From contig CM035362.1 in NCBI GenBank assembly GCA_020137815.1, forward strand, positions 4,774,001 to 4,838,000: a DNA stretch of 64,000 bases, in the 5' to 3' direction. This document shows positions 22,632 to 33,000 of the stretch, piece after piece. How positions within the stretch are numbered: position 1 is the stretch's first letter; every line of letters begins with the position of its first letter. Below the pieces are notes generated by a model. The model was not told the DNA's origin and did not search any database. It worked only from the letters and a program-made list of their open reading frames with translations. This DNA comes from Hormiphora californensis. Taxonomy: Eukaryota > Animalia > Ctenophora. A program made the position numbers and the translations under genes.

Positions 22632-24720
22632 CGCTCATCTGTGAATCCATGAAATTATCAGAAAACACAAATGCTTTCTGCGGACTAACATCTTGTCGTC
22701 TGTTTGATGACTTTATATATCTCTGTGTTTCTCTCCTCCATAGCAACAATAATAGAGAATGTAACAACATATCAGTCACCACTCAATTATTAAACTTGTT
22801 GACAATTCAGTCGAACGTAACAAACTCCTTCCCCAAGCCTCCTCAGTCGACTTCTGGTCTCTAACTATCTTCCTGCAGTTGACTTGAGACTTCTAACCCT
22901 CTTCTCTCTCTCTCTCCCTGGTTGACTTCTGACTTCTAACTCTCTACCTGCAGTTGACTTCTGAACTCTCTCCCCTGCTAAGTTGACTTCTGACTTCTAA
23001 CCCCCCTCCTTCAGTTGTTGGTATTTTTCGATGCCCACGTTGAGTGTTCCCACGGTTGGCTGGAGCCCATGGCTGAGCGTGTCTACCTGAACCCATCCAC
23101 AGTGGTGTGTCCATGTATCGATATCATCAAGCATGACACCATGGAGTACCCTAACAACGCACAGCAGGTGAGTCATAGATATGTCCAAATATGGTGCGTA
23201 CCCTAACAACGCACAGCAGGTAAGTCATTATATTATGTTCAAATATCATGCATATGGTGCGTGCCCAAATATGGTCATTGTGAAACTGGGAAAAGCCTGC
23301 TGACTTATCCATGGAGATGATTGATCGTTGCTAATACCCATTTTCACTCGTCAGGAAATCCAAAAAGGCGGCTTCCACTGGGGTCTGATTTACAAGTGGA
23401 TACCCCTGAATGCAACGCAACGAGCTCTTGGTATCACCGCACCCCAGGCGTAAGTACAAGTTCTCATCTTGACTTGGGACTTGGGAGAACTATCCAAGTC
23501 AAAGTTGTGTTGCATGGGTGTGGCTCACACATCGCATTTTTCAGAAATAGCACACTCTGCGAGGGTTTGGTAGATCAACGTCAAGATGTACCCCTTCAAG
23601 TGTTACAAAATGATTTCTACCATCCCTAAACATGATGAAGTAATATGTTTCAGGTCCGCTACGATGGCGGGTGGACTGTTCGCTATGAGCAGAGACTACT
23701 TTTACCAACTAGGAACTTATGATGACGAAATGAAAATCTGGGGTGGAGAAAATCTGGAGATCTCGTTTAGGGTGTGTTTACAATATGAATTTTAGAAGTT
23801 TCAATGATAATGCACGTGATATATACGAGATTTTGTTAATCAGTTTTCATGAGTAACATACCAGCCGATTGTAAACGTGACGTTAAAATTCATCAAAATC
23901 CCTAATTAACTTTCACAATTTCACAATTTCAGATCTGGATGTGTGGGGGTAGGTTGGAGATTGTTCCCTGTTCCAGGGTGGGTCACTTGTTCCGGGTTCG
24001 AAACCCTGTTTCTTTCCCTGATGGAACGGACACGGTGTCAAGAAATACTCGCCGATTAGCTGAGGTGAGATTATAAAAACCTCTTTTTGACGAATCATTC
24101 GAGTGTCTGTTATAATACCAAGACCTTGCATTGGCCATACTCGATCCTCTCTCACCGTGCCCTGCATTGTAAAAGAGGGTTAGGAAATTCAAAATATATC
24201 AAACAAGACCCAATTCGCCAGTCCATTAGAAACCACAAACCCACTTCAATTACTAGCATCTCCATTCTCCCTTAATTAGGTCTGGTTAGACAAATACAAT
24301 GAGTACTATGAGATCCATAAACCAAACCCACTCCAAATATTATCTCCATATTATACCAAACCCACTCCAACTAGTATCTCTACTCAGGTGTGGTTAGACG
24401 AATACAAGGAGTACTACTACGAAATCCAGGGGGGTAAAGGAAGGGACTATGGAGATGTTAGCGCCCGGAGACATCTCCGTGATCGACTCCATTGCAAATC
24501 TTTCAAATGGTAATTTGTTTGTGTGTGTGTACTGTATAAATGCTTGTGCCTGCCCAGGTCCCCTCCCTCCAGCCCCCCCCCCCCCCCACCCCCCCCCCGT
24601 GCGTGCGTGTGCAGCTCCTTTTATCTCTCGTTCTATCTGCCGCTGTCCCTTAATAACGTCAGCATGCTAAGCATCTTCATCATCCACCTGGAGAGAAGAG
24701 AGAGTGAGAGAGAGAGAGAA

Positions 24721-24782
<62 letters not shown>

Positions 24783-27700
24783 GAGTAGAGAGATAGAGAC
24801 TCGCTGAGGTAGATCTCTCTCGTCTCTCTCTCGATCTCTCTCTATCTACTAGATCCTCTCGTCTCTACTCTCTCTCTGCCCCTTCTCTCTCTCTCTCTCT
24901 CTCTCGATCGTCTCTTTTCTCTCTCTCTCTCTCTCTTTGCTCTACTTCTCTCTCCTTTCCTCGATAGATAGCTCTCTAACTCTCTCTCTCTCTCTTACTC
25001 CGTCTTCTCTCTCTCCTTCTCCACTATCCCCTCTCTTCTCCCCTCTTCCCCCCCCCCCCCCCCCCCTTTCCAATCCTTCCTTCTCGAGATAATTGCTTCC
25101 TTAGCACTCTTCCTTTTCTCCTCTTGTATTTCCCCTCATCATTGGGCCCTTTTCCCCCCATTAACCCTTTTCATCCCCCCTAGGGGGGAAAAAAAGGAGA
25201 AAGGGGGGAAAAAAAAAAATAAAAAAGGGAAAAAATAGAAATAGGGTTTTAACCTTTTTTGGAAATTTTAAACCTTTTTCTCCCCCTCCCTTCGACTCTC
25301 TTCAATCTTCCCCCGGTTCTTTTCTTCTCTTTCTTTTCTGTCTCTTTTTTTCCTCTCCCCTATTTTCCCCCCCCCCTCCTTCTCTCCTCTCACCTCCTCC
25401 CCTTCTTATCCCTTTTCTCTCTATCTCCCCCTTTTAAAGCCCAATTTCTTTAACCTTGGGGGTTTTTTAAAGTGGGGAAACTCTCGTTTTACTTTTGGTT
25501 CCGGAGAACCCCGGAAGTGGGAGAGCCCCTTTTAAATCCCTTTTAATTCCTTTTCCTCGACCCCTTCTTCTTGCCCCTTCCTCTCTCCCCTTATTTTCCC
25601 CACTCTTCCCCTTCCTCTCTTTCTCCCCCTCCCCTTTTCCCTTTCGCAGCCCCTTCCCTCCATTTTTCCCCTAGCTTTCTTCTTTTTTTTTCGTGTTTTC
25701 CACCCTTCTTTTGGCCCCCGGGAAATTAATTTCCACCAATTCCTTTTTTTCCCTTGGAAAGGAAAACTTTTTTTTTGGGGGTTTTGGCGGGGGTTTAGGA
25801 AAAACCGGATTTTTTTACAAACGTTTTTAAGATTGGAACTCGCCCCCTGACTAGAATTTAACCAAACCATATAATTATATAAAACCTTTGCAGTATAACA
25901 CCTATAGCACAATGTATCATTGTAGCACCTGTATAGCTCTGCAGTACTCGATGTGGGAAGTGTTAAACTGGGGGCAATTTAAATGGGTCATTATTAACAT
26001 TTTAAAAACGAGAAGATCGGGGGGAACGGTATAGAAGATGAAAAGTGAAGTATAAAAAATGAAAAAAGAGAAAAACCATTATGCTTGAAGCCCTTTGGGA
26101 TAGGAAGATGAAAAAAGATAGATATCAAGTATATATCATCAAGCATCATTCTGCATATTTCTCTCTCTGGTGTAGAACTGAACACGAACACTGTCACGTC
26201 TATCTGTGTGTGTGTGTGTGTGTCTATCTGACCAGTCGTGAGTGGCCTGAATCCTGAATTTTGAAAACTTTATCACTGGTGTGTCAAACAAAGTTACCGA
26301 CCCATATAGCTGACACTGAAAGATGGGAAATTGTTTGAAGTGACCGATTCACTGCCACATTATATATTCTAGATACTGTTTAAGTACTATAGAATCAAAG
26401 CCCAATGAGGGAGTATGAAAGCAACTTAGCACCATCTCCCCTCTCCTTGTAACAATTGATTTCCCACCGTTTCCAAGTCGTTATAATATAGACTAATGAC
26501 TTGATAACTAATGAGATCTTTTAGTAACTTAGTAAATAGTAATTAATGAGATCTTTTAGTAACTTAGTAAATAGTAACTAATGAGATCTCTTAGTAACTT
26601 AGTAAATAGTAACTAATGAGATCTCTCTCACAGGTTCGTGAGGAATGTTTACCCTGAATTGGTTGTACCTGATGATAGCAACTTTGCCCTTGGATCGGTA
26701 AGTTAGAAAACATCAAATTCCATGTTTCTGGGCCCCCTTTTGTCACCATGGAAACATCAAATTCCATGTTTCTGGGCCCCCTTTTGTGGCATCATGGAAA
26801 CATGGTGCCTAGCTCCTAATTTTGTTGTAGCCTCTATATACCATTATACCGGGCACCCCGATATACCGGGAAACCCCTTTCCCTCGAGCATCCCGGTAAA
26901 TCGGGGTCCAACTAGTTACTAATTTAAAAGGATTTGTTGCGCCAAATACAACTTGACGAAACGCCTGGCATTATTTTAAATGCATATAAGAAACTCCAAT
27001 TAGTCCCAAAATGGGCGTTCTATTCTCTCAACACCCCGCCCCTGCGACGTCATAGCATTGTTTCTCTTACATTTAATTTCTTTTTAGATACGGAACCCCT
27101 CTACTAACCTTTGTCTGGATGACCTACAGCGCCTTGACGATGACAAGGGTGATAAACAAGTTGGGGTCTACTGGTGTCATAACCAGGGTGGTTCTCAGGT
27201 AATACACAGCTTACCTCCAGGAACCGACCGAATCAGGAAATACTGGTCCCTGATTGGCTGATAACCAGTCACGTGACCTAAATAACGAGTTCTGATTGGT
27301 TGTTTACTTGTGCCGGTCGGTTCCTGCTGGTCTCATTAGCCAGGTTCAGGCTGGGTGAAGTGTCATTAGTATTGATATTTTATGATTTCCCCGTATTCTA
27401 ATTGCAAGCTCATTTCAGTTTTTCATCTTCTCTAAAGACTACGAAATTGTAGCGCTCCGAAAGAACGATTATTGCCTGGACAACAGTAATTACTCGCCCG
27501 GAGCCACACTTGAGTGGTATCCGTGCCACAAAATGGGTGGCAACCAACAGTGGGCCTATGACGTCAAGGTATGTTGCTAAAAGTTAAATAAACAAACCAA
27601 ATCAAGTTGAATTATTATTTGACTTGATTTGGTTTGCTTTGGTTAGAAAATTGCGATGAGAACAGTTTTTTGCTCCTTCATAAATGTTTATGTTTGCTCC

Positions 27701-27886
27701 TTCATAAAACATTTCTCCCCACAGACACGCCAGCTCAAGCACGTACCCAGCGGGAACTGTCTGGATGTCAAAGACGCCAAAGCGAAGGACCCAATCAAGT
27801 TAAACCACTGCGATGGTAGCGAGACCCAACAATGGGAATTCAACAAAGTCTATAGTAAAGAATTAATATGGAACAAACGCCGATAG
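19263..27886 (+). CDS. GALNT: Polypeptide N-acetylgalactosaminyltransferase (GT27, type II membrane protein with ricin-B lectin domain), 15 coding exons
   Basis: Exons 19263-19373 (TM anchor), 19681-19881, 20445-20595, 21340-21421, 21699-21871, 22079-22206, 23015-23167, 23355-23449, 23654-23771, 23933-24064, 24388-24509, 26634-26697, 27088-27198, 27419-27568, 27725-27886. Motifs [31 protein letters not shown] (DxH), [32 protein letters not shown], and three CLD..C..Q.W/F lectin repeats. Specific orthologue not assignable. Confidence 0.93.
19892..19994 (-). mobile_element. 109-bp MITE family copy
   Basis: Reverse orientation; near-TSD AAGTATAA/AAGTAGAA; starts 10 nt after a GALNT donor. Confidence 0.85.
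20305..20440 (+). repeat. 18-bp tandem repeat abutting a GALNT acceptor
   Basis: Unit CTCTCCAATTCTCTGACC, about 7 copies. Confidence 0.9.
21463..21558 (-). mobile_element. 109-bp MITE family, degenerate copy
   Basis: AACCGACCGAATCAGG...TGATTGGTTGTTTACTTGTGTCGGTCGGTTC. Confidence 0.8.
22537..22628. repeat. (CT)n microsatellite
   Basis: Pure CT run. Confidence 0.95.
24570..26130. other. Low-complexity, probably low-quality sequence block in a GALNT intron
   Basis: Irregular GA/CT runs degrading into homopolymer-rich noise, resembling an unpolished long-read segment. Confidence 0.65.
26505..26628 (+). repeat. 36-bp tandem repeat ending at a GALNT acceptor
   Basis: Unit TAACTAATGAGATCT(T/C)TTAGTAACTTAGTAAATAG, about 3.4 copies. 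Confidence 0.85.
27218..27326 (-). mobile_element. 109-bp hAT-like MITE, full copy
   Basis: Both TIRs intact; starts about 20 nt after a GALNT donor. Confidence 0.9.
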
Positions 27887-28578
27887 TAGCAGCTCCGGAG
27901 AGACTCTTTCATTTTGAGAGCTGTACTTCCCCTTTTAGAACGCAGCATTTTGGGCCACATAAATTAGTGAGGAATTTAGTAGTGTTAATTGTTATAGTTT
28001 TTGAGGATTTGTTGTCTAGGTTTAGTAACTTAAACCCACATATCTAAATAAACTGGAGTTGGAGGTTATTAATCTATTAAAGTGGTCTGCTTTTAACTTT
28101 ATATATATACCGCGAGTGCACATATCACTCCCGCTCCGCGCGACCATTTGCACGGTGAAATATGCACTCTGCTTCCGCGGGAGCGTGCAGATATGGAGGC
28201 AGAGGGATATAAGTAAGAAAAGTGTTCTCATAGTGTTTTTACACCCAAACACACAGAATATGACTGACAAGGTACTACACGACACACAGTCTGCCATTTT
28301 ACACTCCCTCTCCCTCTTTCTCTCACTAATTATCCCCTTATCATGTTTTGTTGTTTGCTATTTCCAAGAATTCCAATCTCCCTCTCTTGTATCTCTCACT
28401 TTATCTCTCCCTTCTTTTCACTAATTAAAACTAACAGAACTTGTTCCCTTGTGTGTAATAGGTGTAGAAGTGTGTTTTTGTGTAGTTTTGCTTAGTTTGT
28501 ACCTTGTTTTGTCACATCTCTCTGTGTGTAATCACCCAAAATTATGATTGTTTTGCTTGTCATGTGTTTTCTCGCGGA

Positions 28579-28766
28579 ATATATACTCAATAACGTCCTG
28601 CACGGCATGTGCAAGCGCTCCTATATCGCACTCGTTACACTCGTGCAATATAGGTGTGAAATGCACTCCAGCTGCGCTGTCGTGCATTTCACCTCCATAT
28701 ACGCTCTGCAGTGCAGAGCGTATATGGCGCGCTTGCACTGCGTGCAGAACGTTATGTACTATATAT
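28579..28766. repeat. Branched (four-way junction) palindromic element
   Basis: Outer stem 28590-28618/28729-28755 encloses three hairpins: 28621-28653, 28656-28692 and 28695-28727. Confidence 0.8.
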
Positions 28767-29329
28767 TTTTCTAAGTATGAGCTTTATAGAATACAGAATA
28801 TATAATATGTCAAGGGTGTCTTGCTTGGTTTGAACAAAACATGGTGCCTCTTTTGTCAGATTTCTCTTCTGATGAGATTGTCGGCAGTATTTTCTCTGTC
28901 GATAAAGGAAGGTATGTTGACAAGTACCCAGGACAATAATATGGTGAGAAAGTGTGTGTATGGGAGTATTATTGAGTGTCAGATGCATTATTAAAGCACG
29001 ACATGCAGTATAAAAGTACGTTATACATTTATGGGTTAAAACGTTGAATTATCAACATATAAAACTATTATTTCTCACTCTTTCTGAAAGTTTTTAACTC
29101 GCCAATATATAATATATTAAATATATTTACCCAATCTCTTTTAAATTGTGATAAATCTGTAGCTAATTACCGCTTTTTTGGGAATGTACTATTTTTTCAT
29201 TGGTGACTGACGTTTGAAGAAAAAAAAAATGGTCGCTTTTTCATTGTTCAAAAGACGTAACTATATAAAATTTGCAGTTGAATAGAGAGAATGGGAATGG
29301 AAGGAGGTCCAATGAGCCGGTGATCACTC

Positions 29330-29560
29330 GGTACTTCTTCGCGTGCAACTGGCCGCACTCTCACTCTCTGTAGGGCGCGGTGACGTGAACTTGATGAAAT
29401 GCGCGGTGTAGAGGCAGCAAGTGTGCGTCCGGCCGCGCATGCCTTCGCGTGAGATAACGCGCAGGAACTTACCTGATTTCAGCGACGCGCAGTGAACCGT
29501 GGGAAAGGAAGTCGGCCTTTGACCACGTGACATTAGTGACGTCATTGCGTTCCAGTTTGC
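29330..29560. promoter_or_regulatory. CpG-rich promoter-like island
   Basis: GCGCATGC (29435), GGAAGT (29507), CACGTG (29524), TGACGTCA (29537) and dense CpG within AT-rich surroundings. Confidence 0.4.
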
Positions 29561-29931
29561 GGAACCACATCATTATAAATTATTTCAGAAAATAATCATC
29601 AAGAATGAAAGACACATTATCTAAAAGCGCGGAAGTGAAATTAATATAGAGCACAACAAAATAACCTCTTTTGAAAGAAAATAACTATTGACAACGTTCG
29701 ATCCAGGAACGTTGATTCAGAACCATCTGAAATTCAAGGGATTTTGGATTCTACTCGGTCTAGAAGTTAAGATGATTATGATGGTCAAAGCAAGCCCCTA
29801 AACAGAGATTTTGAAAAAGTACACTGCACTCCCGTTTACTCCATCTCTCGACCCCAAGATTAACCAGAAATTTATTAAACGAAAATTAACAGCGTAATAC
29901 ACTTTTTACAGTTCAATCACATCTTGTCAAT

Positions 29932-30040
29932 CAGGAACCGACCGACACAAGTAAACAACCAATCAGAACTCGTTATTTAGGTCACGTGACTGGTTATCAG
30001 CCAATCAGGGACCAGTATTCCCTGATTCGGTCGGTTCCTG
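29932..30040 (+). mobile_element. 109-bp hAT-like MITE, full copy, in the probable 3' UTR of the adaptor gene
   Basis: Both TIRs intact; 50 nt beyond the stop at 30091. Confidence 0.9.
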
Positions 30041-30090
30041 CTAGAGAGTATTTGAAAATTGAAACAAGATGAAGACACACACTCCATCTC

Positions 30091-33000
30091 TCATTGTTTA
30101 ATGCAGTAACAAGACAGCTTGGCCGGTAACCTATCGGCCGCATTTGAATAGTGTTCTACCAACTTACATAAATCCGGAAACGCAGGACCATCCTCAATGG
30201 CATACCACGGTGGCCTACCCCCGCGTTTTGTAATTTGAAAATGTTTAACTTGTTTGTCATGAGACATGCTCAGAACATAGTCCGCTGCACTATTACTACT
30301 GCCCCGCACCAGAAACAGTCCATCAGTAAGACCGTGTGTCGCTAGGAGCGTGTTGGCTTGCTCCCGTTTATCTTGTCCGTGGTACCACGGCTGGGAGCTG
30401 TGTCCTGCACCAGGTGGTTGGGTGGTAGGAAGGAGAGGGTGAACCGAGGAAGTTCAGAGGAATGCGACACTCATTCGATCGGAGTCATAGTGGTTGGCAA
30501 GCCAGTGTTGGACATTGTTATCGGGCACTGCTTCGTAGACTATCGGGTGGGGATCAGCAGGTCGAATGTTGTTGATGTTTACCGGCAGGGGCTGTTGGTC
30601 TGAAATTAGAGTGGTGTTAACAAGATAAACAACAATGGTACTAAACCAATTGAATTAGAGTGGGGTTGTTATTACTGTGTGATTTTAAATGACTGGGACT
30701 GGTATATTGCGAATTGCGTGAAAACTATGGCATCTTTCGACTTCAAATTTTGGGACATGATAAAACTAGGTTGTAGCAATTTTCTCCTAGTTTTACAGCA
30801 AATTTCAATGTTCCTGAATGAATCTATTGCCCAAAAACCTCCTCCAACTTTACACAGTCATATCTCTGGAGTCTAATGAGATAGAGAGTTCAAATTTTTA
30901 GGAGAGACAGATAAGACGATTTCGAATGTTTTGTCTGCTTTACGAGTTGCTACATTTTACCATTTGTTCACAGGAACTGTTTAAAGTGATGTAACACGCT
31001 CTAATTAGGCCAAATTTAGGTCATTTTACCCCTCAAAGATCACATGTCCAGCTGCATCTAGTGGGCTAATGAGGCCTTGAACACGCATACGTCACGTGTT
31101 ACTGTAGGGCTACAGCTCTCCTTTTCCATCTTGAACCAGCAGACATGATCATGGCGTCTGGAAGTGGTAACAAGCTGTAGAAAACCAGACAGACTAGATG
31201 CTCTCTACTTCAACGTATCACTCTCTCCCTTTCTCGTTATAAGGTCACGTGACTGGAATTGGGATCTCGACATGATCAAAATGTCCACAAAGCGTTCTCT
31301 CTCTCACACACTCTCTCTCTCTCTCTCTCTCTCTCCCATGTCGAGATCCCAATTCCAGTCACGTGACCTTATAACGAGAAAGGGAGAGAGTGATACGTTG
31401 AAGTAGAGAGCATCTAGTCTGTCTGGTTTTCTACAGCTTGTTACCACTTCCAGACACCATGATCATGTCTGCTGGTTCAAGATGGAAAAGGAGAGCTGTA
31501 GCCCTACAGTAACTCGTGACGTATGCGTGTTCAAGGCCTCATTAGCCCACTAGATGCAGCTGGACATGTGATCTTTGAGGGGTAAAATGACCTAAATTTG
31601 GCCTAATTAGAGCGTGTTACATCACTTTAAACAGTTCCTGTGAACAAATGATAAAATGTAGCAACTCGTAAAGCAGACAAAACATTTGAAATCGTCTTAT
31701 CTGTCTCTCCTAAAAATTTGAACTCTCTATCTCATTAGACTCCAGAGATATGACTGTGTAAAGTTGGAGGAGGTTTTTGGGCAATAGATTCATTCAGGAA
31801 CATTGAAATTTGCTGTAAAACTAGGAGAAAATTGCTACAACCTAGTTTTATCATGTCCCAAAATTCGAAGTCGAAAGATGCCATAGTTTTCACGCAATTC
31901 GCAATATACCAGTCCCAGTCATTTAAAATCACACAGTATTTGAAGGGTCTATCAGATTTTGTAGGTTTGTTGGGGAGAAGTAACAGAGTGGGTTTCTGTT
32001 TGTGGAACGACATTTTCAATAAAAGTGGTCCGTTTGATTAAAAAACTGACCTTGATCGTCCCTGAGTAGAGCCTCCTGCCAGCCCGGTCGTGATGGAGCC
32101 CGAGCCGGGGACTGGTGGGGAGGAGGGAAGTGAAGGGGGTGGGTCGGTTGTATCTCTATTTTCCTTCCCGCACTGTTACCACTGTCACAGGATGATCTGA
32201 AAATAATGGGAGGAGATTAACCGACGCGTAACATTGGGGAGAATTGACAGGGACCAGAGACCTTGAGGTATAGAGGGGAGGGAGTCAACATCTCTGGGGA
32301 AAACGGCAGAAACAGATTAATATAAAGTTTGACAATTATTACCTGCTAGTCCGTCCGAGGTTATCCCTAGAAACTGTCCGAGGCGGAGGTCTCATAACAA
32401 CATGTTGTTGTAGTTGTGAGCTGCTACCACTGCTACCACTATTACTCCTTTGTCGGGAGGACGCCACAAGGGAGTCATTTCGAGAGGGCAGGGGAGGGGG
32501 ACCCATTGGGGGCGGGGAGAAAGCGGGGGGAGGGGGAACACGGAACATGGCTGACCGATTGGAGACTGGTGGGGTCTCTGTTGTCGGTGTGATGCAGGGT
32601 ACAGGTCGAGAGGGTGGGGGCCTGTTAGGTGGGGGTGGAGGGGGAGCTTGTTCTGGTACGGCAGGCTGTATTCTCTGCCCACCCATTAGTGCTGCCAAAC
32701 TATTAGGCCCTGTTCACAATCCCCTCCCTTCCATCATTTGTTATCTCTGGACAAGGTCATTGATCGGGACATGGCCGCCTTGTTAGGATGCGGTCCTGGT
32801 TAGAGTCTTGTTTAGGACACATGCCAGCTCATTCACTGACCCCGTCCTCCGTCCCACATCGATCTGTTTCGGTTTCTTGTCCTGAGATCCGTCACTTTGA
32901 ATGTTGGCTATCATGGCACTTATCTTGGAGCGAGTTGGGGTTGTTTGCTCGGGGGAGGAGGGTTCCTCAGGGGGAGGAGGGGTGGTGGTGGAGGGGGGTT

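Noticed and set aside
24570-26130. Purine/pyrimidine-skewed block as a triplex or other functional structure
   Set aside because: The pattern looks like unpolished read noise around microsatellites and cannot be trusted.
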